Both the position numbers and the translations under genes were made by a program. The notes under the pieces are model-generated. The model saw only the letters and a list, made by a program, of their open reading frames with translations. It did no database searches and was not told the DNA's origin. DNA of 64,000 nucleotides from the human T2T-CHM13v2.0 reference genome, Homo sapiens: NCBI RefSeq assembly GCF_009914755.1, contig NC_060925.1. One strand, 5' to 3'. Below, one piece after another: positions 45,704 through 60,500 of the stretch. Numbering within the stretch: the first letter of the stretch is position 1; each line of letters begins with the position of its first letter.

Positions 45704-47921
45704 ATGGAATCGTCATCGAATGAATTGAATGCAATCATCGAATGGTCTCGAATGGAATCATCTTCAAATGGAATGGAATGGAATCATCGCATAGAATCGA
45801 ATGGAATTATCATCGAATGGAATCGAATGGAATCAACATCAAACGGAAAAAAACGGAATTATCGAATGGAATCGAAGAGAATCTTCGAACGGACCCGAAT
45901 GGAATCATCTAATGGAATGGAATGGAATAATCCATGGACTCGAATGCAATCATCATCGAATGGAATCGAATGGAATCATCGAATGGACTCGAATGGAATA
46001 ATCATTGAACGGAATCGAATGGAATCATCATCGGATGGAAACGAATGGAATCATCATCGAATGGAAATGAAAGGAGTCATCATCTAATGGAATTGCATGG
46101 AATCATCATAAAATGGAATCGAATGGAATCAACATCAAATGGAATCAAATGGAATCATTGAACGGAATTGAATGGAATCGTCATCGAATGAATTGAATGC
46201 AATCATCGAATGGTCTCGAATGGAATCATCTTCAAATGGAATGGAATGGAATCATCGCATAGAATCGAATGGAATTATCATCGAATGGAATCGAATGGAA
46301 TCAACATCAAACGGAAAAAAACGGAATTATCGAATGGAATCGAAGAGAATCATCGAATGGACCCGAATGGAATCATCTAATGGAATGGAATGGAATAATC
46401 CATGGACTCGAATGCAATCATCATCGAATGGAATCGAATGGAATCATCGAATGGACTCGAATGGAATAATCATTGAACGGAATCGAATGGAATCATCATC
46501 GGATGGAAATGAAAGGAGTCATCATCTAATGGAATTGAATGGAATCATCATAAAATGGAATCGAATGGAATCAACATCAAATGGAATCAAATGGAATCAT
46601 TGAACGGAATTGAATGGAATCGTCATCGAATGAATTGAAAGCAATCATCGAATGGTCTCGAATGGAATCATCTTCAAATGGAATGGAATGGAATCATCGC
46701 ATAGAATCGAATGGAATTATCATCGAATGGAATCGAATGGAATCAACATCAAACGGAAAAAAACGGAATTATCGAATGGAATCGAAGAGAATCATTGAAT
46801 GGACCCGAATGGAATCATCTAATGGAATGGAATGGAATAATCCATGGACTCGAATGCAATCATCATCGAATGGAATCGAATGGAATCATCGAATGGACAC
46901 GAATGGAATAATCATTGAACGGAATCGAATGGAATCATCATCGGATGGAAATGAATGGAATCATCATCGAATGGAATCGAATAGAATTATGGAATGAAAT
47001 CCAGTGTGATCATCATCGAATGGACCCGAATGGAATCATCATCCAACGGAAACTAATGGAATCAACATCGAATGAATCAAATGGAAACACCATCGAATTG
47101 AAACGAATGGAATTACCATGAAATTGAAATGGATGGACTCATCATCGAATGGATTCGAATGGAATCATCGAATAAAATTGATTGAAATCATCATCGAATG
47201 GAATCTAATGGTATCATTGAATGGAATCGAATGGAATCATCATCAGATGGAAATGAATGGAATCGTCATAGAATGGAATCGAATGGATTAATTGAATGGA
47301 ATCAGATGGAATCATCGAATGGACTGGAATGGAATCATTGAATGGACTCGAAAGGGATCATTATTGAATGGAATTGAATGGAATCATCGAATGGTCTCGA
47401 TTGGAATCATTATCAAATGGAATCGAATGGAATCACCGAATAGAATCGAATGGAACAATCATCGAATGGACACAAATAGAATTATCCTCAAATGGAATCG
47501 AATGGAATTATCGAATGCAATCGAATGGAATTATCGAATGCAATCGAATAGAATCATCGAATGGACTCGAATGGAATCATCGAATGGAATGGAATGGAAC
47601 AGTCAATGAACTCGAATGGAATCATCATTGAATGGAATCGAATGGAATCATCGAGTGGAATCGAATGTAATCATCATCAAATGGAATCAAAAATAACCAT
47701 CATCAAATGGAATCAAAAATAACCATCATCAATTGGTAGTGAATGGAATTCTCATCAAATGGAATTCAAAGGAATCATCATCAAATGGAACCGAATGGAA
47801 TCCTCATTGAATGGAAATGAAAGGGGTTATCATCTAATGGAATCGCATGGAATCATCATAAAATGGAATCGAATGGAATCAACATCAAATGGAATCAAAT
47901 GGAATCATTGAACGGAATTGA
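45704..47921 (+). repeat. 2218-bp unit (2244 minus 26); copy at 60751-62968
   Basis: Sub-unit starts at 45704, 46172 and 46614 (last spacing 442). ggatggaaatgaaaggagtc at 46501 lacks one 26-bp motif. Confidence 0.92.
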
Positions 47922-49229
47922 ATGGAATCGTCATCGAATGAATTGAATGCAATCATCGAATGGTCTCGAATGGAATCATCTTCAAATGGAATGGAATGGA
48001 ATCAGCACATAGAATCGAATGGAATTATCATCGAATGGAATCGAATGGAATCAACATCAAACGGAAAAAAACGGAATTATCAAATGCAATCGAAAAGAAT
48101 CATCGAATGGACCCGAATGGAATCATCTAATGGAATGGAATGGAATAATCCATGGACTCGAATGCAATCATCATCGAATGGAATCGAATGGAATCATCGA
48201 ATGGACTCGAATGGAATAATCATTGAACGGAATCGAATGGAATCATCATCGGATGGAAACGAATGGAATCATCATCGAATGGAATCAAATAGAATTATGG
48301 AATGAAATCCAGTGTGATCATCATCGAATGGACCCGAATGGAATCATCATCCAACGGAAGCTAATGGAATCAACATCGAATGAATCAAATGGAAACACCA
48401 TCGAATTGAAACGAATGGAATTACCATGAAATTGAAATGGATGGACTCATCATCAAATGGATTCGAATGGATTCATCAAATAAAATTGATTGAAATCATC
48501 ATCGAATGGAATCGAATGGTATCATTGAATGGAATCGAATGGAATCATCATCAGATGGAAATGAATGGAATCGTCATAGAATGGAATCGAATGGATTCAT
48601 TGAATGGAATCAGATGGAATCATTGAATGGACTGGAATGGAATCATTGAATGGACTCGAAAGGGATCATTATTGAATGGAATTGAATGGAATCATCGAAT
48701 GGTCTCGATTGGAATCATTATCAAATGGAATCGAATGGAATCACCGAATAGAATCGAATGGAACAATCATCGAATGGACTCAAATGGAATTATCCTCCAA
48801 TGGAATCGAATGGAATTATCGAATGCAATCGAATGGAATTATCGAATGCAATCGAATAGAATCATCGAATGGACTCGAATGGAATCATCGAATGGAATGG
48901 AATGGAACAGTCAATGAACTCGAATGGAATCATCATTGAATGGAATCGAATGGAATCATCGAGTGGAATCGAAAGGAATTATGACCAAATGGAATCGAAT
49001 GTAATCATCATCAAATGGAATCAAAAATAACCATCATCAATTGGTATTGAATGGAATTGTCATCAAATGGAATTCAAAGGAATCATCATCAAATGGAACC
49101 GAATGGAATCCTCATTGAATGGAAATGAAAGGGGTCATCATCTAATGGAATCGCATGGAATCATCATCAAATGGAATCGAATGGAATCATCATCAAATGG
49201 AATCAAATGGAATCATTGAACAGAATTGA

Positions 49230-51472
49230 ATGGAATGGTCATCGAATGAGTTGAATGCAATCATCGAATGGTCTCGAATGGAATCATCTTCTAATGGAAA
49301 GGAATGGAATCATCGCATAGAATCGAATGGAATTATCATCGAATGGAATCGAATGGTATCAACACCAAACGGAAAAAAACGGAATTATCGAATGGAATCG
49401 AAGAGAATCTTCGAACGGACCCGAATGGAATCATCTAATGGAATGGAATGGAATAATCCATGGACTCGAATGCAATCATCATCGAATGGAATCGAATGGA
49501 ATCATCGAATGGACTCGAATGGAATAATCATTGAACGGAATCGAATGGAATCATCATCGGATGGAAACGAATGGAATCATCATCGAATGGAAATGAAAGG
49601 AGTCATCATCTAATGGAATTGCATGGAATCATCATAAAATGGAATCGAATGGAATCAACATCAAATGGAATCAAATGGAATCATTGAACGGAATTGAATG
49701 GAATCGTCATCGAATGAATTGAATGCAATCATCGAATGGTCTCGAATGGAATCATCTTCAAATGGAATGGAATGGAATCATCGCATAGAATCGAATGGAA
49801 TTATCATCGAATGGAATCGAATGGAATCAACATCAAACGGAAAAAAACGGAATTATCGAATGGAATCGAAGAGAATCATCGAATGGACCCGAATGGAATC
49901 ATCTAATGGAATGGAATGGAATAATCCATGGACTCGAATGCAATCATCATCGAATGGAATCGAATGGAATCATCGAATGGACTCGAATGGAATAATCATT
50001 GAACGGAATCGAATGGAATCATCATCGGATGGAAACGAATGGAATCATCATCGAATGGAAATGAAAGGAGTCATCATCTAATGGAATTGCATGGAATCAT
50101 CATAAAATGGAATCGAATGGAATCATCATCAAATGGAATCAAATGGAATCATTGAACGGAATTGAATGGAATCGTCATCGAATGAATTGAATGCAATCAT
50201 CGAATGGTCTCGAATGGAATCATCTTCAAATGGAATGGAATGGAATCATCGCATAGAATCGAATGGAATTATCATCGAATGGAATCGAATGGTATCAACA
50301 TCAAACGGAAAAAAACGGAATTATCGAATGGAATCAAAGAGAATCTTCGAGTGGACCCGAATGGAATCATCTAATGGAATGGAATGGAATAATCCATGGA
50401 CTCGAATGCAATCATCATCGAATGGAATCGAATGGAATCATTGAAAGGACTCGTATGGAATAATCATTGAACGGAATCGAATGGAATCATCATCGGATGG
50501 AAATGAATGGAATCATCATCGAATGGAATCGAATAGAATTATGGAATGAAATCCAGTGTGATCATCATCGAATGGACCCGAATGGAATCATCATCCAACG
50601 GAAGCTAATGGAATCAACATCCAATGAATCGAATGGAAACACCATCGAATTGAAACGAATGGAATTATCATGAAATTGAAATGGATGGACTCATCATCGA
50701 ATGGATTCGAATGGAATCATCGAATAAAATTGATTGAAATCATCATCGAATGGAATCGAATGGTATCATTGAATGGAATCGAATGGAATCATCATCAGAT
50801 GGAAATGAATGGAATCGTCATAGAATGGAATCGAATGGATTCATTGAATGGAATCAGATGGAATCATCGAATGGACTGGAATGGAATCATTGAATGGACT
50901 CGAAAGGGATCATTATTGAATGGAATTGAATGGAATCATCGAATGGTCTCGATTGGAATCATTATCAAATGGAATCGAATGGAATCACCGAATAGAATCG
51001 AATGGAACAATCATCGAATGGACTCAAATGGAATTATCCTCAAATAGAATCGAATGGAATTATCGAATGCAATCGAATGGAGTTATCGAATGCAATCGAA
51101 TAGAATCATCGAATGGACTCGAATGGAATCATCGAATGGAATGGAATGGAACAGTCAATAAACTCGAATGGAATCATCATTGAATGGAATCGAATGGAAT
51201 CATCGAGTGGAATCGAATGGAATTATGATCAAATGGAATCGAATGTAATCATCATCAAATGGAATCAAAAATAACCATCATCAATTGGTATTGAATGGAA
51301 TTGTCATCAAATGGAATTCAAAGGAATCATCATCAAATGGAACCGAATGGAATCCTCATTGAATGGAAATGAAAGGGGTCATCATCTAATGGAATCGCAT
51401 GGAATCATCATCAAATGGAATCGAATGGAATCATCATCAAATGGAATCGAATGGAATCATTGAAAGAATTGA
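49230..51472 (+). repeat. 2243-bp unit (three sub-units, 1-bp deletion)
   Basis: Sub-unit starts at 49230, 49698 and 50166; next unit at 51473. tgaaagaatt at 51461 versus consensus tgaacagaatt. Confidence 0.9.
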
Positions 51473-51590
51473 ATGGAATCATCATCGAATGAATTGAATG
51501 CAATCATCGAATGGTCTCGAATGGAATCATCTTCTAATGGAAAGGAATGGAATCATCGCATAGAATCGAATGGAATTATCATCGAATGGA

Positions 51591-54500
51591 ATCGAATGGA
51601 ATCAACATCAAACGGAAAAAAACGGAATTATCGTATGGAATCGAAGAGAATCATCGAAGGGACCCGAATGGAATCATCTAATGGAATGGAATGGAATAAT
51701 CCATGGACTCGAATGCAATCATCATCGAATGGATTCGAATGGAATCATCGAATGGACTCGAATGGAATAATCATTGAACGGAATAGAATGGAATCATCAT
51801 CGGATGGAAATGAATGGAATCATCATCGAATGGAATCGAATAGAATTATGGAATGAAATCCAGTGTGATCATCATCGAATGGACCCGAATGGAATCATCA
51901 TCCAACGGAAGCTAATGGAATCAACATCGAATGAATCGAATGGAAACACCATCGAATTGAAACGAATGGAATTATCATGAAATTGAAATGGATGGACTCA
52001 TCATCGAATGGATTCGAATGGAATCATCGAATAAAATTGATTGAAATCATCATCGAATGGAATCGAATGGTATCATTGAATGGAATCGAATGGAATCATC
52101 ATCAGATGGAAATGAATGGAATCGTCATAGAATGGAATCGAATGGATTAATTGAATGGAATCAGATGGAATCATCGAATGGACTGGAATGGAATCATTGA
52201 ATGGACTCGAAAGGGATCATGATTGAATGGAATTGAATGGAATCATCGAATGGTCTCGATTGGAATCATTATCAAATGGAATCGAATGGAATCACCGAAT
52301 AGAATCGAATGGAACAATCATCGAATGGACTCAAATGGAATTATCCTCAAATGGAATCGAATGGAATTATCGAATGCAATCGAATGGAATTATCGAATGC
52401 AATCGAATAGAATCATCGAATGGACTCGAATGGAATCATCGAATGGAATGGAATGGAACAGTCAATGAACTCGAATGGAATCATCATTGAATGGAATCGA
52501 ATGGAATCATCGAGTGGAACCGAATGGAATTATGATCAAATGGAATCGAATGTAATCATCATCAAATGGAATCAAATATAACCATCTTCAATTGGTATTG
52601 AATGGAATTCTCATCAAATGGAATTCAAAGGAATCATCATCAAATGGAACCGAATGGAATCCTCATTGAATGGAAATGAAAGGGGTCATCATCTAATGGA
52701 ATCGCAAGGAATCATCATAAAATGGAATCGAATGGAATCAACATCAAATGGAATCAAATGGAATCATTGAACGGAATTGAATGGAATCGTCATCGAATGA
52801 ATTGACTACAATCACCGAATGGTCTCGAATGGAATCATCTTCAAATGGAATGGAATGGAATCATCGCATAGAATCGAATGGAATTATCATCGAATGGAAT
52901 CGAATGGTATCAACATCAAACGGAAAAAAACGGAATTATCGAATCGAATCGAAGAGAAACTTCGAACGGACCCGAATGGAATCATCTAATGGAATGGAAT
53001 GGAATAATCCATGGACTCGAATGCAATCATCATCGAATGGAATCGAATGGAATCATCGAATGGACTTGAATGGAATAATCATTGAACGGAATCGAATGGA
53101 ATCATCATCGGATGGAAACGAATGGAATCATCATCGAATGGAATCGAATAGAATTATGGAATGAAATCCAGTGTGATCATCATCGAATGGACCCGAATGG
53201 AATCATCATCCAACGGAAGCTAATGGAATCAACATCGAATGAATCAAATGGAAACACCATCGAATTGAAACGAATGGAATTACCATGAAATTGAAATGGA
53301 TGGACTCATCCTCAAATGGATTCGAGTGGAATCAACGAATAAAATTGATTGAAATCATCATCGAATGGAATCGAATGGTATCATTGAATGGAATCGAATG
53401 GAATCATCATCAGATGGAAATGAAAGGAATCGTCATAGAATGGAATCGAATGGATTCATTGAATGGAATCAGATGGAATCATTGAATGGACTGGAATGGA
53501 ATCATTGAATGGACTCGAAAGGGATCATTATTGAATGGAATTGAATGGAATCATCGAATGGTCTCGATTGGAATCATTATCAAATGGAATCGAATGGAAT
53601 CACCGAATAGAATCGAATGGAACAATCATCGAATGGACTCAAATGGAATTATCCTCAAATGGAATTGAATGGAATTATCGAATGCAATCGAATGGAATTA
53701 TCGAATGCAATCGAATAGAATCATCGAATGGACTCGAATGGAATCATCGAATGGAATGGAATGGAACAGTCAATGAACTCGAATGGAATCATCATTGAAT
53801 GGAATCGAATGGAATCATCGAGTGGAATCGAATGTAATCATCATCAAATGGAATCAAAAATAACCATCATCAAATGGAATCAAAAATAACCATCATCAAT
53901 TGGTATTGAATGGAATTCTCATCAAATGGAGTTCAAAGGAATCATAATCAAATGGAACCGAATGGAATCCTCATTGAATGGAAATGAAAGGGGTCATCAT
54001 CTAATGGAATCGCATGGAATCATCATAAAATGGAATCGAATGGAATCAACATCAAATGGAATCAAATGGAATATTTGAACGGAATTGAATGGAATCGTCA
54101 TCGAATGAATTGAATGCAATCATCGAATGGTCTCGAATGGAATCATCTTCAAATGGAATGGAATGGAATCATCGCATAGAATCGAAAGGAATTATCATCG
54201 AATGGAATCGAATGGAATCAACATCAAACGGAAAAAAACGGAATTATCGAATGGAATCGAAGAGAATCATCGAATGGACCCGAATGGAATCATCTAATGG
54301 AATGGAATGGAATAATCCATGGACTCGAATGCAATCATCATCGAATGGAATCGAATGGAATCTTCCAATGGACTCGAATGCAATAATCATTGAACGGAAT
54401 CGAATGGAATCATCATCGGATGGAAATGAATGGAATCATCATCGAATGGAATCGAATAGAATTATGGAATGAAATCCAGTGTGATCATCATCGAATGGAC

Positions 54501-57500
54501 CCGAATGGAATCATCATCCAACGGATGCTAATGGAATCAACATCGAATGAATCAAATGGAAACACCATCGAATTGAAACGAATGGAATTACCATGAAATT
54601 GAAATGGATGGACTCATCATCGAATGGATTCGAAAGGAATCATCGAATAAAATTGATTGAAATCATCATCGAATGGAATCGAATGGTATCATTGAATGGA
54701 ATCGAATGGAATCATCATCAGATGGAAATGAATGGAATCGTCATAGAATGGAATCGAATGGATTCATTGAATGGAATCAGATGGAATCATCGAATGGACT
54801 GGAATGGAATCATTGAATGGACTCGAAAGAGATCATGATTGAATGGAATTGAATAGAATCATCGAATGGTCTCGATTGGAATCATTATCAAATGGAATCG
54901 AATGGAATCACCGAATAGGATCGAATGGAACAATCATCTAATGGACTCAAATGGAATTATCCTCAAATGGAATCGAATGGAATTATCGAATGCAATCGAA
55001 TGGAATTATCGAATGCAATCGAATAGAATCATCGAATGGACTCGAATGGAATCATCGAATGGAATGGAATGGAACAGTCAATGAACTCGAATGGAATCAT
55101 CATTGAATGGAATCGAATGGAATCATCGAGTGGAATCGAATGGAATTATGATCAAATGGAATCGAATGTAATCATCATCAAATGGAATCAAAAATAACCA
55201 TCATCAATTGGTATTGAATGGAATTGTCTTCAAATGTAATTCAAAGGAAACATCATCAAATGGAACCGAATGGAATCCTCATTGAATGGAAATGAAAGGG
55301 GTCATCATCTAATGGAATCGCATGGAATCATCATCAAATGGAATCGAATGGAATCATCATCAAATGGAATCTAATGGAATCATTGAACAGAATTGAATGG
55401 AATCGTCATCAAATGAATTGAATGCAATCATCGAATGGTCTCGAATGGAATCATCTTCTAATGGAAAGGAATGGAATCATCGCATAGAATCGAATGGAAT
55501 TATCATCGAATGGAATCGAATGGTATCAACACCAAACGGAAAAAAACGGAATTATCGAATGGAATCGAAGAGAATCTTCGAACGGACCCGAATGGAATCA
55601 TCTAATGGAATGGAATGGAATAATCCATGGACTCTAATGCAATCATAATCGAATGGAATGGAATGGAATCATCGAATGGACTCGAATGGAATAATCATTG
55701 AACGGAATCGAATGGAATCATCATCGGATGGAAACGAATGGAATCATCATCGAATGGAAATGAAAGGAGTCATCATCTAATGGAATTGCATGGAATCATC
55801 ATAAAATGGAATCGAATGGAATCAACATCAAATGGAATCAAATGGAATCATTGAACGGAATTGAATGGAATCGTCATCGAATGAATTGACTGCAATCATC
55901 GAATGGTCTCGAATGGAATCATCTTCAAATGGAAGGGAATGGAATCATCGCATAGAATCGAATGGAATTATCATCGAATGGAATCGAATGGAATCAACAT
56001 CAAACGGAAAAAAACAGAATTATCGTATGGAATCGAAGAGAATCATCGAATGGACCCGAATGGAATCATCTAATGGAATGGAATGGAATAATCCATGGAC
56101 TCGAATGCAATCATCATCGAATGGAATCGAATGGAATCATCGAATGGACTCGAATGGAATAATCATTGAACGGAATCGAATGGAATCATCATCGGATGGA
56201 AATGAATGGAATCATCATCGAATGGAATCGAATAGAATTATGGAATGAAATCCAGTGTGATCATCATCGAATGGACCCGAATGGAATCATCATCCAACGG
56301 AAGCTAATGGAATCAACATCGAATGAATCGAATGGAAACACCATCGAATTGAAACGAATGGAATTATCATGAAATTGAAATGGATGGACTCATCATCGAA
56401 TGGATTCGAATCGAATCATCGAATAAAATTGATTGAAATCATCATCGAATGGAATCGAATGGTATCATTGAATGGAATCGAATGGAATCATCATCAGATG
56501 GAAATGAATGGAATCGTCATAGAATGGAATCGAATGGATTCATTGAATGGAATCAGATGGAATCATCGAATGGACTGGAATGGAATCATTGAATGGACTC
56601 GAAAGGGATCATTATTGAATGGAATTGAATGGAATCATCGAATGGTCTCGATTGGAATCATTACCAAATGGAATCGAATGGAATCACCGAATAGAATCGA
56701 ATGGAACAATCATCGAATGGACTCAAATGGAATTATCCTCCAATGGAATCGAATGGAATTATCGAATGCAATCGAATGGAATTATCGAATGCAATCGAAT
56801 AGAATCATCGAAAGGACTCGAATGGAATCATCGAATGGAATGGAATGGAACAGTCAATGAACTCGAATGGAATCATCATTGAATGGAATCGAATGGAATC
56901 ATCGAGTGGAATTGAATGGAATTATGATCAAATGGAATCGAATGTAATCATCATCAAATGGAATCAAAAATAACCATCATCAATTGGTATTGAATGGAAT
57001 TGTCATCAAATGGAATTCAAAGGAATCATCATCAAATGGAACCGAATGGAATCCTCATTGAATGGAAATGAAAGGGGTCATCATCTAATGGAATCGCATG
57101 GAATCATCATCAAATGGAATCGAATGGAATCATCATCAAATGGAATCTAATGGAATCATTGAACAGAATTGAATGGAATCGTCATCGAATGAATTGAATG
57201 CAATCATCGAATGGTCTCGAATGGAATCATCTTCTAATGGAAAGGAATGGAATCATCGCATAGAATCGAATGGAATTATCATCGAATGGAATCGAATGGT
57301 ATCAACACCAAACGGAAAAAAACGGAATTATCGAATGGAATCGAAGAGAATCTTCGAACGGACCCGAATGGAATCATCTAATTGAATGGAATGGAATAAT
57401 CCATGGACTCGAATGCAATCATCATCGAATGGAATCGAATGGAATCATCGAATGGACTCGAATGGAATAATCATTGAACGGAATCGAATGGAATCATCAT

Positions 57501-60500
57501 CGGATGGAAACGAATGGAATCATCATCGAATGGAAATGAAAGGAGTCATCATCTAATGGAATTGCATGGAATCATCATAAAATGGAATCGAATGGAATCA
57601 ACATCAAATGGAATCAAATGGAATCATTGAACGGAATTGAATGGAATCGTCATCGAATGAATTGACTGCAATCATCGAATGGTCTCGAATGGAATCATCT
57701 TCAAATGGAATGGAATGGAATCATCGCATAGAATCGAATGGAATTATCATCGAATGGAATCGAATGGAATCAACATCAAACGGAAAAAAACAGAATTATC
57801 GTATGGAATCGAAGAGAATCATCGAATGGACCCGAATGGAATCATCTAATGGAATGGAATGGAATAATCCATGGACTCGAATGCAATCATCATCGAATGG
57901 AATCGAATGGAATCATCGAATGGACTCGAATGGAATAATCATTGAACGGAATCGAATGGAATCATCATCGGATGGAAATGAATGGAATCATCATCGAATG
58001 GAATCGAATAGAATTATGGAATGAAATCCAGTGTGATCATCATCGAATGGACCCGAATGGAATCATCATCCAACGGAAGCTAATGGAATCAACATCGAAT
58101 GAATCAAATGGAAACACCATCGAATTGAAACGAATGGAATTATCATGAAATTGAAATGGATGGACTCATCATCGAATGGATTCGAATGGAATCATCGAAT
58201 AAAATTGATTGAAATCATCATCGAATGGAATCGAATGGTATCATTGAATGGAATCGAATGGAATCATCATCAGATGGAAATGAATGGAATCGTCATAGAA
58301 TGGAATCGAATGGATTCATTGAATGGAATCAGATGGAATCATCGAATGGACTGGAATGGAATCATTGAATGGACTCGAAAGGGATCATGATTGAATGGAA
58401 TTTAATGGAATCATCGAATGGTCTCGATTGGAATCATTATCAAATGGAATCGAATGGAATCACCGAATAGAATCGAATGGAACAATCATCGAATGGACTC
58501 AAATGGAATTATCCTCCAATGGAATCGAATGGAATTATCGAATGCAATCGAATGGAATTATCGAATGCAATCGAATAGAATCATCGAATGGACTCGAATG
58601 GAATCATCGAATGGAATGGAATGGAACAGTCAATGAACTCGAATGGAATCATCATTGAATGGAATCGAATGGAATCATCGAGTGGAATCGAATGGAATTA
58701 TGATCAAATGGAATCGAATGTTATCCTCATCAAATGGAATCAAAAATAACCATCATCAATTGGTATTGAATGGAATTGTCATCAAATGGAATTCAAAGGA
58801 ATCATCATCAAATGGAACCGAATGGAATCCTCATTGAATGGAAATGAAAGGGGTCATCATCTAATGGAATCGCATGGAATCATCATCAAATGGAATCGAA
58901 TGGAATCATCATCAAATGGAATCTAATGGAATCATTGAACAGAATTGAATGGAATCGTCATCGAATGAATTGAATGCAATCATCGAATGGTCTCGAATGG
59001 AATCATCTTCTAATGGAAAGGAATGGAATCATCGCATAGAATCGAATGGAATTATCATCGAATGGAATCGAATGGTATCAACACCAAACGGAAAAAAACG
59101 GAATTATCGAATGGAATCGAAGAGAATCTTCGAACGGACCCGAATGGAATCATCTAATGGAATGGAATGGAATAATCCATGGACTCGAATGCAATCATCA
59201 TCGAATGGAATCGAATGGAATCATCGAATGGACTCGAATGGAATAATCATTGAACGGAATCGAATGGAAACATCATCGGATGGAAACGAATGGAATCATC
59301 ATCGAATGGAAATGAAAGGAGTCATCATCTAATGGAATTGCATGGAATCATCATAAAATGGAATCGAATGGAATCAACATCAAATGGAATCGAATGGAAT
59401 CAACATCAAATGGAATCAAATGGAATCATTGAACGGAATTGAATGAAATCGTCATCGAATGAATTGAATGCAATCATCGAATGGTCTCGAATGGAATCAT
59501 CTTCAAATGGAATGGAATGGAATCATCGCATAGAATCGAATGGAATTATCATCGAATGGAATCGAATGGAATCAACATCAAACGGAAAAAAACGGAATTA
59601 TCGAATGGAATCGAAGAGAATCATCGAATGGACCCGAATGGAATCATCTAATGGAATGGAATGGAATAATCCATGGACTCGAATGCAATCATCATCGAAT
59701 GGAATCGAATGGAATCATCGAATGGACTCGAATGGAATAATCATTGAACGGAATCGAATGGAATCATCATCGGATGGAAATGAATGGAATCATCATCGAA
59801 TGGAATCGAATAGAATTATGGAATGAAATCCAGTGTGATCATCATCGAATGGACCCGAATGGAATCATCATCCAACGGAAGCTAATGGAATCAACATCGA
59901 ATGAATCAAATGGAAACACCATCGAATTGAAACGAATGGAATTACCATGAAATTGAAATGGATGGACTCATCATCAAATGGATTCGAATGGATTCATCAA
60001 ATAAAATTGATTGAAATCATCATCGAATGGAATCGAATGGTATCATTGAATGGAATCGAATGGAATCATCATCAGATGGAAATGAATGGAATCGTCATAG
60101 AATGGAATCGAATGGATTCATTGAATGGAATCAGATGGAATCATTGAATGGACTGGAATGGAATCATTGAATGGACTCGAAAGGGATCATTATTGAATGG
60201 AATTGAATGGAATCATCGAATGGTCTCGATTGGAATCATTATCAAATGGAATCGAATGGAATCACCGAATAGAATCGAATGGAACAATCATCGAATGGAC
60301 TCAAATGGAATTATCCTCCAATGGAATCGAATGGAATTATCGAATGCAATCGAATGGAATTATCGAATGCAATCAAATAGAATCATCGAATGGACTCGAA
60401 TGGAATCATCGAATGGAATGGAATGGAACAGTCAATGAACTCGAATGGAATCATCATTGAATGGAATCGAATGGAATCATCGAGTGGAATCGAATGGAAT

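Larger units (their letters stand above)
34300..51590 (+). repeat. First copy of a 17,291-bp tandem macro-duplication
   Basis: Matching private ORF variants at +17291: 35490/52781, 36798/54089, 38106/55397, 39078/56369, 41352/58643, 42152/59443. Boundaries are accurate to about +/-50 bp. Confidence 0.92.

Noticed and set aside
46172-46603. Longer 143-aa and 163-aa ORFs with new C-termini (also 31134, 39078, 56369, 61219)
   Set aside because: They are created by the 26-bp deletion or by a TGA>TTA change joining adjacent satellite frames.
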